Assembly: GCA_048571215.1 (NCBI GenBank)
Contig: CP182352.1
Coordinates: forward strand, 1,280,001-1,344,000
Direction: 5' to 3'
DNA from: Halarcobacter sp.
GTDB taxonomy: Bacteria > Campylobacterota > Campylobacteria > Campylobacterales > Arcobacteraceae
Length of the DNA: 64,000 nucleotides
Shown: in pieces, positions 29,607-39,201 of the stretch
How the letters are laid out: each line of letters starts with the position of its first letter
How positions within the stretch are numbered: the stretch's first letter is position 1
Notes under the pieces: model-generated
The model's input: the letters and a program-made list of their open reading frames with translations, nothing else
Database searches by the model: none
What the model was told of the DNA's origin: nothing
Position numbers and translations under genes: made by a program

Positions 29607-30545
29607 TTATGCCCAATACTCTAATTTATCAGATGATGTTTTACCATTATCTAAGTTCCAATCTGCAAAATATTCTAAATGACTATTTCCATTGCCATAT
29701 ACTGCTTCATCTAAAACCTTCCAAGTTTGTTGCACTTGAGATACTGCTTTATTAAAAATATCATCATAATGCATAGTTTTATTACCTGGAACTTCTAGAT
29801 TCTCGATATACTCTTCAATGTTAACTTCTTCAGATTTAGGATATATTATTCCACCATCTAATCCTATAACATGTCTTGATATAGTAGGAAAGTTTTGAGT
29901 CTCTTCCACTGTCGATACTAAAGTATGAAATCTACTATGCCAAGTATCAAATTCTGGTTTATTGGTTAAGTATTCTTCATTATTTAATTCTTCTAACATC
30001 TTTCCCCATACTGAAGAGATAACTTTATTTAGCTTGTCAGTATCTCCATTATGACTACACTCTTTTCCAAATAAAGATAATTGTTCAGTTTCAGAAATAT
30101 CTCCATATCCTGTAATCTTTTTATAGATATAAACATCTTGATGCATTTCACAGTTTCTATGAGCTGATTCATGTCCTTCATATGGTCCAACTTTTAACTC
30201 AACAACAGGATGAATAACTACATCGGTAACAATATGCCCAGCAAGTCCACAAAGCCATGCAAAAGCTTTTCTTTTATCTTCTTCATCTTCTATTGCTTTA
30301 ACTTCTTCGATACCTTTTAAAATAAAAGATTTTGTTTTCATATCTAGGTGCATTGAGTCTGCCCATTTTTTATGTTTTTCTGTAAATGCTAGATATGGAT
30401 AATCTGGACTAACAGAACCCAACTCTATAAAGGTTGTATATTCTTCTAATGCTATGAGGGAATCATTACTAAGTCCTAACTCTTCTAATTCGTTTTCAGT
30501 ACATGCCTTATTTACTATTGTTAAGTGTGCGTATGCTCCTGCCAT
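29607..30545 (-). CDS. Zinc-dependent phospholipase C / P1-nuclease fold protein
   Basis: N-terminal AGAYAH, LGSVSPDYPY, WADSMH, GHIVTDVVIHP, HRNCE Zn-ligand pattern. Confidence 0.75.
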   Translation of the reverse strand: MAGAYAHLTIVNKACTENELEELGLSNDSLIALEEYTTFIELGSVSPDYPYLAFTEKHKKWADSMHLDMKTKSFILKGIEEVKAIEDEEDKRKAFAWLCGLAGHIVTDVVIHPVVELKVGPYEGHESAHRNCEMHQDVYIYKKITGYGDISETEQLSLFGKECSHNGDTDKLNKVISSVWGKMLEELNNEEYLTNKPEFDTWHSRFHTLVSTVEETQNFPTISRHVIGLDGGIIYPKSEEVNIEEYIENLEVPGNKTMHYDDIFNKAVSQVQQTWKVLDEAVYGNGNSHLEYFADWNLDNGKTSSDKLEYWA

Positions 30546-31606
30546 TATTTTTCCTTTTTGAATTTATTTTTATTTATTGCTATATGAAATATTTTTTTTC
30601 TATATGTGCTCATCTTATGGTCTGCTGGAATATTTGCAAAAGGTGCTTTTTTAAATAAATATGCACGTATTCTTCTTGTAAAGCTAACGGAATAAAGTAA
30701 TCTGGCTTTTTCATAATCTCCATTTTCAATATTAGTTAAGTATCTCATATATCCAGTATGAGAATAATCTTTAAAATGTCTTTTTAAATATTCACTAACA
30801 TTATCACCAATATAAGGTACAAATTTTAATACAAAAGTTAAAGTATCCATTACTTCAGCTCCCGGAGGTAACATAGTTACTGGATCTGCTGAATTTACTA
30901 TTCTGTAAACAGGTGTTTTAATTCCTAACATCCAATCTTCATCAGCTACTCGAGGTGAACCAAAGGTATAACAAGCTGCTATTTGACTATGTAATAATTT
31001 TTTTGTTGCAACTGTTGCTAAAGCTCCACCTAAACTATGTCCTGTAATTAGAAGTGGTTTATCTTGACAATTTTCATTAATGTAGTCCTGAATCTCATCT
31101 TTAATCACATCAAATGCCTTGCTAAAGCCTTGATGAATTTTACCTTCAGTATTACACTTTATTTGATTAGCTTTCAAATCTGCTTTTAAATCTTCTATAC
31201 TAGTTGTTTCTGTTCCTCTAAAAACTAAAAAATAAAAGTCTTTAGAGGATACAATCATCGCTTGTGTTCCATTTTTATCAAAAAGCTTTTTAACTTCTAG
31301 TTTTAAAAACTTTAACTCATTTTTCAACTTCTCTTTTTCTTCATTGTTATCATAAGACAATAAATCAATAAGTTTATAAAGTGAACTAACTCTTTTTTGA
31401 TCTACTAATTTTGTAACTTTTTTAATTAAATCTTTATTAGAAATATCAATAATTGGTTCATTAAATTTTAAATAAACTAAGTCAGATAAACATGCACATA
31501 TGAAACAGGTTCTATCACTATAAGCTTCTCTATATACGGGTAGTTCTTTTAATACTAATTGTTGAAGATTCTTTTCTTCTTCACTATTTTGGGCAAGTAT
31601 TTGCAT
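30545..31606 (-). CDS. Class 3 lipase family protein
   Basis: VFRGTE, IHQGF, ITGHSLGGALA, YTFGSPRV, DPVTMLP, DHKM. Confidence 0.88.
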   Translation of the reverse strand: MQILAQNSEEEKNLQQLVLKELPVYREAYSDRTCFICACLSDLVYLKFNEPIIDISNKDLIKKVTKLVDQKRVSSLYKLIDLLSYDNNEEKEKLKNELKFLKLEVKKLFDKNGTQAMIVSSKDFYFLVFRGTETTSIEDLKADLKANQIKCNTEGKIHQGFSKAFDVIKDEIQDYINENCQDKPLLITGHSLGGALATVATKKLLHSQIAACYTFGSPRVADEDWMLGIKTPVYRIVNSADPVTMLPPGAEVMDTLTFVLKFVPYIGDNVSEYLKRHFKDYSHTGYMRYLTNIENGDYEKARLLYSVSFTRRIRAYLFKKAPFANIPADHKMSTYRKKIFHIAINKNKFKKEK

Positions 31607-31667
31607 AATTTTATTTCCTTTATACTCTATAAAGAGTTTTATTTATAAGGAAATTGTACAATTTGTA

Positions 31668-31687
31668 AAAACGGTTTAATCCGTTTT
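31668..31687. promoter_or_regulatory. Inverted repeat at the WYL stop, upstream of lipase promoter (candidate WYL operator or weak terminator)
   Basis: AAAACGG-TTTAAT-CCGTTTT; adjacent palindrome AAATTGTACAATTT (31651-31664) contains -10-like TACAAT. Confidence 0.45.
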
Positions 31688-32623
31688 AAAGTAATGAGAT
31701 AAATCAGTATTCTTATAATCACTTATTTGTTGAATTATTTTTGTGTTTAAATCATTAGGTGAAATCACTTTAATAAATGGTAAAAATTGTTGAATTGTAG
31801 GTATTATTTCCATATAGTCAGTTACTGTAATTTGCATTATTTTATAGTTTTCATCCTCTGAGCTTAGAATAATTTGATTTTTTGAAAGAGGACAGCGTTC
31901 AAAATATTGAACAATTTTTTTATGAATAAAAAGCTCAATTATTTTCGATTCTTTATCCTTAAAATAAGCATTAATCGCTGAATCAAGCTTTATATTAACA
32001 TCTTCTATATTCAGTTCAAACTTTTCATTTGTATTTTTAATATTTTCAATAGATTTTAAATGAAATGTTTTAACTTGTTTTTCATCTTCTTGATAAATTA
32101 AAGCATACCAGAAACCATCAAACATTACAATTTTAAGAGGATATATAACTCGTAGTTTATTTCTATACTCACATTTAAGTTTATGTTTAAAAGTGATAGC
32201 ATTTTTAATTAGTGCAAACTTTATATCATCTTTTCTTGTTATTTTCTCAAAGTTTGTTTTTTTATAAATTTGTAAAGATGCTCTTCTCTTAAACCGATTA
32301 AACAATAGTTTAGAGTTTTTTTCAAATTCTTTTCCATATTGAGAGCTACAATTTTCTAAAATACTCATTGTAACAATTTCTTCTGCAGATAACATTGTCT
32401 CAGATAAAAAGTCTTTATTTGATACCCAACTATTCGTAGATTTTGAAAAGCTGATATTATCTGAAAAGCTTTTTACTAAGTGTTTATTAATATTATCTCT
32501 TAAAGTAGATATAGGAGCATCATATTCTTGTGATAAGTATTCAAGGTTTAATGACTCTTGATTTGATAAGCGTTTTAATATTTTGGGTAATGCATTAATT
32601 GCATTTTCATTTATTCTACTCAT
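31676..32623 (-). CDS. WYL-domain transcriptional regulator (wHTH-WYL-WCX)
   Basis: N-terminal HTH (LSQEYDAPISTLRDNI), RVIYPLKIVMFDGFWYAL, TFHLKSI, PFIKVISP. Confidence 0.85.
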   Translation of the reverse strand: MSRINENAINALPKILKRLSNQESLNLEYLSQEYDAPISTLRDNINKHLVKSFSDNISFSKSTNSWVSNKDFLSETMLSAEEIVTMSILENCSSQYGKEFEKNSKLLFNRFKRRASLQIYKKTNFEKITRKDDIKFALIKNAITFKHKLKCEYRNKLRVIYPLKIVMFDGFWYALIYQEDEKQVKTFHLKSIENIKNTNEKFELNIEDVNIKLDSAINAYFKDKESKIIELFIHKKIVQYFERCPLSKNQIILSSEDENYKIMQITVTDYMEIIPTIQQFLPFIKVISPNDLNTKIIQQISDYKNTDLSHYFKTD

Positions 32624-32767
32624 AACTTAACTCCAATTTATTTAATATCTTCACCATAGCCAAAGTATCAAGTTTACAATACTCTAAAAGTGCACTTCTA
32701 AGTTTCTCTTTACTTACCTCATCTAGCTTTGGTAAGTTTGCAAAGGCATTCATAGCTTGACTTCCAT
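32616..32767 (-). pseudogene. Duplicated 3' fragment of the DUF2779-like gene
   Basis: GSQAMNAFA...LRSALLEYCKLDTLAMVKIL matches C-terminus of 37703-39196. Confidence 0.85.
32653..32767. repeat. Direct repeat copy B (115 bp, 55 bp identical)
   Basis: 32653-32707 identical to 37737-37791. Confidence 0.92.
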
Positions 32768-32814
32768 CTCTTTTGAAATCTAATATAATCATAGTAGATA
32801 ACATTAATTCTATT

Positions 32815-35800
32815 TTAAACTTTTTTCATATATATTCGACAAAGTACTTGTTTAAAAGTTCTACTTTCTTTAGAATCAAACCAATGAACAACATAATCAA
32901 CTTCAACATTCTCTTCTAATTGATATCCATTATTTAATTTTTCAATTATTTTATTTGATAATCTAGCTATTTTATCAGAACTTGCAGGTTTTGATAGTCT
33001 TGCAATTTTCATATTATCTTTGTATATTTCAAAGCCAAAATTATTTTCAACAATTTTACAAATATCTCCAGCAATAGGATTAATTTTTTCAATTCCTATG
33101 GCTGAATATCTATCAGAAAGAACTATATCTCCAAGTCCCATTATAAAAACAATTCTATTTAAATGTTCTTCTTGTTTTGAGTATTCAAAAACATTTGAAC
33201 AATAAGGAAGCATTGAATCAAATAAATGACTTTTTGTATGGATATTTAGATTCTTTTTAGCCCTAGTGATAGCTACATAAAGTAATCTTTTATCATAATC
33301 ATTTTTGATAAAATCATCATCTACTCCAATATATACACTATCAAACTCTTTACCTTTTGCTTTATGCATAGTAGAAACAACAACATTTGCTTTTGTATAT
33401 TCAAACTCCTCAAATGTTATTTCTTTTAAGTACTCCTCAAATAACATAATAAAATGATCTGGATTTTCTTGCATTTGGTTTTCATATTGAAGTAAAAACT
33501 TATCTATAACTTTATTTGCTAATTTATAGTTTTTAGATAGATTATATCTATTGTCAAAATAGTTCTTTGCAGCAGTTAAATTATTTTGTTTCCAAAATTC
33601 TAAAAAATCTTGTAGTTCTATTATATTACCCAAACTAAAACCATCTTTTGAAGTTATATATTTAACATTAATACCAATATTTACTAACTCTGAAAATATT
33701 GTTAATATATCTTCATTATTTCTAAGTAATACTGCAATGTTTTCAGATGTATCATTTTTTACTTGATTTACTATATTTTTGATAAAACTATTACTTTGAT
33801 AATATGTCAAATTTATCTCACCATCATTTGTAGCCTTGGATAATAACTGTTCTTTTTTTAATTTATTTGGAATAATGTCTCTAAATTTATTTGAAAAATT
33901 CACAATATTCATTTTACTTCTGTAATTTGTAAGTAATGAATATTTATTAAATTCAAAATCTTTTTCTTCATCAAATTCTTTAAAATCTTTTTCAAATTGA
34001 TTTATAAAAGCTATATTTGCACAATCTTCTCCAAAGTTATTAATACATTGATCATCATCACCAACTGCAATAATCTTTCTACCTTTAGTCATTTTTGAAT
34101 AAATAGTTTTTATAAAATTGTAAGTTTTAGAGCCAACATCTTGATATTCATCTAGTACAAGCATTTGTATATAAGGAAGTTCAATCTCATCATTATTTAA
34201 TAGTTTTGTTGCTTCTTCTATGACATTGATTAAAGAGATATTTTTATTATCTATTTTTTTACCCAGAAGATTAACCGCAAAAGAATGAAATGTAAATATT
34301 TTCATCTCGTATATTTGATTTCCCATGAGTTTTTGAAGTCTATCTCTAAATTCTGCTACTGCTACCCTAGAATGAGCTAACATCAAAAAATATTCTGGCT
34401 TATTTTGTTCTATTGTTACAAGTGAAGCTATTTTATGTACTAATGTTTTTGTTTTCCCACTACCTGGTCCTGCTAATACCATAATAGAATCACTCTTATC
34501 ATCTTCAAATATTTTCTTTTGTTCTTCATTTAAATCATAAATAATCTCTTTTAATCTCTCTTGTGTTACTGGTAATTTAATATGTTCTTCATTAAATTTG
34601 TATTTTTTCTTGAATTTAGAGTATTCCATACCAAAATAGTCTTTTACAAAAGAGGAAGCTTTGCTCCAGCCGTCTTTAACTAGTCTTTCAATAAAACTAA
34701 TCTGTATATGAATTGACTCTATTTTTCTTTCATAATATGGTTTTAAACTAACATTATAATGATCTCTTTTTCTATATGGTGTATTTTCTTTTATATTATC
34801 TTTTTTACTTATTTTATAAGTTTGATAGTATATAAGTCTACCTTTTCTTAGTTTGAAACTATTTTTAGTTAGTTCATGAAGATAAACTAATGAATGATGA
34901 AATCCTTCCAAAGATATTTTTTTCTTATTTCCATCATAGTCTATTTTTAATTTATTTGTAGAAACTTCTAATTCATCTTCATCTTTATCTTTTAATTGAT
35001 TAATTAAAAAATCAATAATATATTTACATGTTTCTTCTCTAACTTTTATCATATGAATCAATTTTGATAAATTACTTCTATCTAATTCGAAATTACAAGT
35101 ATATCTGTTAAAATGTACATTAAATATATTCGCTTTTAATTTTGATAAATGTGCCCAGCTTTGTATTATTTTTTTAATTACTGACAATCCATCTTTTATA
35201 TCAATTTCACTATTTATCTCTCTTAAATTTATACTTGTTTCAAAGTCATTTAAATCTTCAAATTTTTTAAGAATCAATTTTTCTAAATCAAAATATTTTT
35301 TAAATTCTTTAGATATAGATTTATGTACAAAAATACTTATGTCATTGTTATATTCTATTAATTTATTTTTTTGAAGTTCATATAAAACATCAAATATTTT
35401 TTTTCTTTCAATACCTACGATTTCAGCTAAATCATCAACTTCAATTGCATCTTTTTTACTTTTTTGAATAATATTATTCATAACTAAAATCATATAATTG
35501 TATATTTCGTATTGATATTGTTTCGCTAGTTCATCTTTCTTATCATCTATTACACTATGTACATAGTCCATACTATTTTTTTCTTCTACAGATGTAGCAA
35601 AAATTTTATAGCTATTTCGTCCTCTTTCTATGACTCCGGCTTGTTCTAACTCTAAAAGTGCAGTTTTAATCATAGTTTCATAATCTATACTTGAATCTTC
35701 CGTATCTATCCCCATTTGTTTTGCAAGTTGTCTAGGTGATATATAAAGTTCATCTCTTTTTTCTCTTTTTAAAACCTTTACAATTCTATCAATCTCGTGA

Positions 35801-37692
35801 TAGTCTAACTTAGATTTATTCAATTGACTAAAAGTTCTATTAAAATCTTCTTTAGAATATAATACGATACATCTTGCTGTATATTCTTCTTTTCTTGCAC
35901 CTCTACCAGATTCTTGTAAATATGACTCTAAACTATCAGATTGTTCATAGTGAATAACTGTTTGAATATCTGGTTTATCTATTCCCATACCAAAGGCAGT
36001 TGTAGCGATAACAATATCTATTTTATTGGATATAAAGTCATTTAATATTTCACTTTTATTCCGCCCTATTCTTTTTCCATTTTCAATTTCATAATCAATT
36101 TTTGAATAAAAAGGTTCTATATCTAAATTTAGTTCACTTAATCTCTCTTCTTTTCTTAGCTTTTCACTTAATTCTCTACATTCTCTAGCATTTTGTGGTA
36201 TATATACTATAGTAGGTCTTTTCCCTTGAGAAGCTAATTCTTGAACTAATACATTATATTTATCTTTTTTTGTATCTACTTCTATGGCTTTGTATTCAAG
36301 ATTATATCTTTTACTAGAGGCTATAAATTCTTTTAAATTTATATCTAGCTTTAATGCAAAATAGTTTTTAATATCATTTAAAACTTCTGGTTTTGCCGTT
36401 GCTGTGAAACAAGAAACAGGAATCTTTGGTTGAAATTTGGAATTTTCTTGATTTTCTAATTCTTTAATAGTAGTTGCAATAAAATAGTAATCATGTCTAA
36501 AATCATGTCCCCAAGAGGAAAAACAGTGTGCTTCATCAATAACAAATCTTTCAATAACTCTTTTTTTAAGTGCCTTAAATACAGAATTAGATCTAAGTGC
36601 TTCTGGAGCTAAATATAAGATATCAACGACCCCATTTTCAACTTCAGTTATTAAATTCATTCTCTCAATTGGACTTAAATATCCACTAATAGCTACTACT
36701 CTAAAATTTTGATTATTTTCTTTAAAACTATCAACATGGTTTTTCATCAATGCTTGTAAAGGAGAAATTACAACTGTTAAACCTTTATAAGCTTTTGCTT
36801 TTATTAATGCTGGCAATTGAAAAGTAAATGTTTTTCCTCCACCTGTAGGTAGGATTGCTAGAATTGAAGTATCATCTAAACTACTTTCTACTATGTCTTT
36901 TTGTGAGATTTTTCCAAAGCTAAATAAATCATTACTCTCTTTTTCAAATTCTCTAAAACTTGGTATATTAAACTCATCATTAGAAAATTTTATTAAATCA
37001 ATCTTTTCTTTATCATAAGTTAGTTTCTTCAAAACATCTACTACAAAAGGATATCTTATAAGTATTACTGAAGATATGGAAGCTTGTGAATCCGAATATA
37101 AATATGAAATTACATAAGATAACTCTGTAGGATATTTTTCTTTTACTTCTAAAAAATCTTCTCGTGTACAAACAACTTTATCTTTTACAAAATCATATAT
37201 ATCTACTTTTTCTTTTGAATAATTTTTGTATTTAAAGTAACCTACAAAATATTTATCTTCATATAGTAAATTAATGAATATATCTTTTAATTGATTACTT
37301 AAACTATCAAACTTTTTATCTAAGATTCTAAATAGTTCTTTTGTTTGTTCTGCATCTCCAAGAGGTTGATTTTCAATATTTATTTCAGTTTTATAAGGTT
37401 TATCTAGTTTATGTGTTTTTTTATTTACATATAGAAGCATCGATAAAAAAAGAGTATCTATTATTTCAATATCATTAAAAATAGGATTAAAAGATGTTTC
37501 TTGTAAAAACTTTTTATCATGGTCAATAAAATTATGTCCACAAATATATGTAGGATTAGTTTCATCAAAAACTTTTTTAATATCAGTTACAGAAGTAGTA
37601 GATAATTTATTTTTATCCACTACTAGTCCTAGTTTTTCTATCTTTTTACTATTAACATTAACTTCGATATCAAAAAAAGCTATATTTTCGAT
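32815..37692 (-). CDS. Giant fusion: DEDD exonuclease-like domain + RecQ-family SF2 helicase + UvrD-like SF1 helicase
   Basis: FFDIE/GHNF/IDTL; LPTGGGKT, DEAH, TATA, QESGRGAR; LAGPGSGKT, DEYQD, VGDDDQ, NYRS, HKAKGKEFD, YVAITRAK. Track start GTG 37620; frame extends to an ATC at 37692 behind an RBS. Confidence 0.85.
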   Translation of the reverse strand: MENIAFFDIEVNVNSKKIEKLGLVVDKNKLSTTSVTDIKKVFDETNPTYICGHNFIDHDKKFLQETSFNPIFNDIEIIDTLFLSMLLYVNKKTHKLDKPYKTEINIENQPLGDAEQTKELFRILDKKFDSLSNQLKDIFINLLYEDKYFVGYFKYKNYSKEKVDIYDFVKDKVVCTREDFLEVKEKYPTELSYVISYLYSDSQASISSVILIRYPFVVDVLKKLTYDKEKIDLIKFSNDEFNIPSFREFEKESNDLFSFGKISQKDIVESSLDDTSILAILPTGGGKTFTFQLPALIKAKAYKGLTVVISPLQALMKNHVDSFKENNQNFRVVAISGYLSPIERMNLITEVENGVVDILYLAPEALRSNSVFKALKKRVIERFVIDEAHCFSSWGHDFRHDYYFIATTIKELENQENSKFQPKIPVSCFTATAKPEVLNDIKNYFALKLDINLKEFIASSKRYNLEYKAIEVDTKKDKYNVLVQELASQGKRPTIVYIPQNARECRELSEKLRKEERLSELNLDIEPFYSKIDYEIENGKRIGRNKSEILNDFISNKIDIVIATTAFGMGIDKPDIQTVIHYEQSDSLESYLQESGRGARKEEYTARCIVLYSKEDFNRTFSQLNKSKLDYHEIDRIVKVLKREKRDELYISPRQLAKQMGIDTEDSSIDYETMIKTALLELEQAGVIERGRNSYKIFATSVEEKNSMDYVHSVIDDKKDELAKQYQYEIYNYMILVMNNIIQKSKKDAIEVDDLAEIVGIERKKIFDVLYELQKNKLIEYNNDISIFVHKSISKEFKKYFDLEKLILKKFEDLNDFETSINLREINSEIDIKDGLSVIKKIIQSWAHLSKLKANIFNVHFNRYTCNFELDRSNLSKLIHMIKVREETCKYIIDFLINQLKDKDEDELEVSTNKLKIDYDGNKKKISLEGFHHSLVYLHELTKNSFKLRKGRLIYYQTYKISKKDNIKENTPYRKRDHYNVSLKPYYERKIESIHIQISFIERLVKDGWSKASSFVKDYFGMEYSKFKKKYKFNEEHIKLPVTQERLKEIIYDLNEEQKKIFEDDKSDSIMVLAGPGSGKTKTLVHKIASLVTIEQNKPEYFLMLAHSRVAVAEFRDRLQKLMGNQIYEMKIFTFHSFAVNLLGKKIDNKNISLINVIEEATKLLNNDEIELPYIQMLVLDEYQDVGSKTYNFIKTIYSKMTKGRKIIAVGDDDQCINNFGEDCANIAFINQFEKDFKEFDEEKDFEFNKYSLLTNYRSKMNIVNFSNKFRDIIPNKLKKEQLLSKATNDGEINLTYYQSNSFIKNIVNQVKNDTSENIAVLLRNNEDILTIFSELVNIGINVKYITSKDGFSLGNIIELQDFLEFWKQNNLTAAKNYFDNRYNLSKNYKLANKVIDKFLLQYENQMQENPDHFIMLFEEYLKEITFEEFEYTKANVVVSTMHKAKGKEFDSVYIGVDDDFIKNDYDKRLLYVAITRAKKNLNIHTKSHLFDSMLPYCSNVFEYSKQEEHLNRIVFIMGLGDIVLSDRYSAIGIEKINPIAGDICKIVENNFGFEIYKDNMKIARLSKPASSDKIARLSNKIIEKLNNGYQLEENVEVDYVVHWFDSKESRTFKQVLCRIYMKKV

Positions 37693-37702
37693 TTTAAATC
37701 CT

Positions 37703-39196
37703 TTATTTATATTTCTTTAAAATTTTCAATATTTTTACCATAGCCAAAGTATCAAGTTTACAATACTCTAAAAGTGCACTTCTAAGTTTCTTTTTATCGC
37801 CCTCTTCTAGCTTACTCATACTTGCAAAGGCATTCATAGCTTGGCTTCCATTTTGTACACCCTCTAACTCTTTATATGCTTTTTCAAACTCAGGAACAAG
37901 TGCTGGCAATACATACTTTATAGAGTAACTTCCTTGCATACTTGGTGTTACGTACCATTTCTTTTGAAAAGGTATCATCAGGTCTTGCATATTTTCATTT
38001 ATGGCTAATAAGTGTGAGCTAAGCTTAGGAAAAAGGTTTGATAGTCTTTTTATCACACCTTTTTCAAAGCTCATATTGTAAGCCAATACTGTGACATCAC
38101 TTGGGATATCTTCACATAGTTTTAATGCTAACTCATATCTACTATCTACGCTATCCTCACTCAAATACTCTTTATGCTCTAAAGTGCCATCTTCATACTC
38201 TATATGAAGTGAATATTGAAAAGGGATTTGCTCGAAGGGTTTTATACCTTTGTATTGTGGTATAGCTTGTTGGTAGGTTTCAAAGTCTAAGTGATAGATT
38301 GGGTATGTGAGGTTTTCTAAAAAAGCTTTGATATTTTCTTTGTCTATATAACTTGCTTTTGATTTGTAGTTTTTTACTGCTTGTTTTTGATTTGCCGTCA
38401 TATCAAAATCTTCTGGAATATCTTCTATATCTATGATACCTTGATTGTATAATTCTATTTGCTTTTTACTTCCTAGATTGAAAATATTAAAGATAGAGTA
38501 CTCAGGTATATCTCGCTGACACTTCCAACAATAGTTTTTAGCATCACACTCATAAGGTTTGTTACAATGTTTTCCTATATCTATATCTGGTTCATTTACT
38601 TTATCTTCTAAGTAAGTTTCAAACTCTTTTAATATGCTTGGGATATTTGACTGTAAGCTTTGCACCTCACTAGTAACATCAACTATCTTAAAAAGCTTGT
38701 CTAATTCTAAAGACTCACCTCTTACATACTCATTGTTTATATGTACTACACTTGCACTTTTTATACTAAAGCCCATCTTGTCAAAAATGTTTTGTAAAAC
38801 ATAATACTGAATAGATACATCATGAAGATATATATCTTTTACCTCTGTAGAACTTTTAACCTCATAGATAGATACACCATCATCTTCTACTTTTAAAATA
38901 TCTACCATGATAAGTATTCCCTCAAAGTTAAAAGTAGCCTCAAAGATATTTGGTACACCCTCTTCCATCCACTCTTTTGTAGTAGATATCATCTCATCAT
39001 AGTTTGTAGTGTATGGTACTTCCCTACCATCAGGGAAAAGTTCGCAAGCTAAATCCCCTACTATATTTCCAGTTTCAAATATAGCCAGAGCTTGTTCATC
39101 TGGTGGTGTTAAGACACTTGGCTTATATTTTTTAAGCCAAAGTGCTTTGGGGCATTGGATGCCTCTTGTGTAGAGGGATTTGGATAGGTTCATCAA
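37703..39196 (-). CDS. DUF2779-like protein: PD-(D/E)XK (Cas4/RecB-like) nuclease fused to RNase H-like DEDD domain
   Basis: LSKS...QCPK, MVDIL...YEVKSS, CNKPYECDAKNYC; LDFET, LAYN, YSIKYVLP, YCKLDT. Confidence 0.8.
   Translation of the reverse strand: MMNLSKSLYTRGIQCPKALWLKKYKPSVLTPPDEQALAIFETGNIVGDLACELFPDGREVPYTTNYDEMISTTKEWMEEGVPNIFEATFNFEGILIMVDILKVEDDGVSIYEVKSSTEVKDIYLHDVSIQYYVLQNIFDKMGFSIKSASVVHINNEYVRGESLELDKLFKIVDVTSEVQSLQSNIPSILKEFETYLEDKVNEPDIDIGKHCNKPYECDAKNYCWKCQRDIPEYSIFNIFNLGSKKQIELYNQGIIDIEDIPEDFDMTANQKQAVKNYKSKASYIDKENIKAFLENLTYPIYHLDFETYQQAIPQYKGIKPFEQIPFQYSLHIEYEDGTLEHKEYLSEDSVDSRYELALKLCEDIPSDVTVLAYNMSFEKGVIKRLSNLFPKLSSHLLAINENMQDLMIPFQKKWYVTPSMQGSYSIKYVLPALVPEFEKAYKELEGVQNGSQAMNAFASMSKLEEGDKKKLRSALLEYCKLDTLAMVKILKILKKYK
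37737..37851. repeat. Direct repeat copy A within DUF2779-like gene 3' end
   Basis: Homologous to 32653-32767. Confidence 0.92.
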
Positions 39197-39201
39197 ATAT
39201 C

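Noticed and set aside
32616..32804. 62-aa ORF as an independent gene
   Set aside because: Most of it is a copy of the DUF2779-like C-terminus; treated as a remnant.
37703..39196. CRISPR-Cas locus suggested by the Cas4-like domain
   Set aside because: No repeat-spacer array and no cas1/cas2 or effector genes seen in the window.
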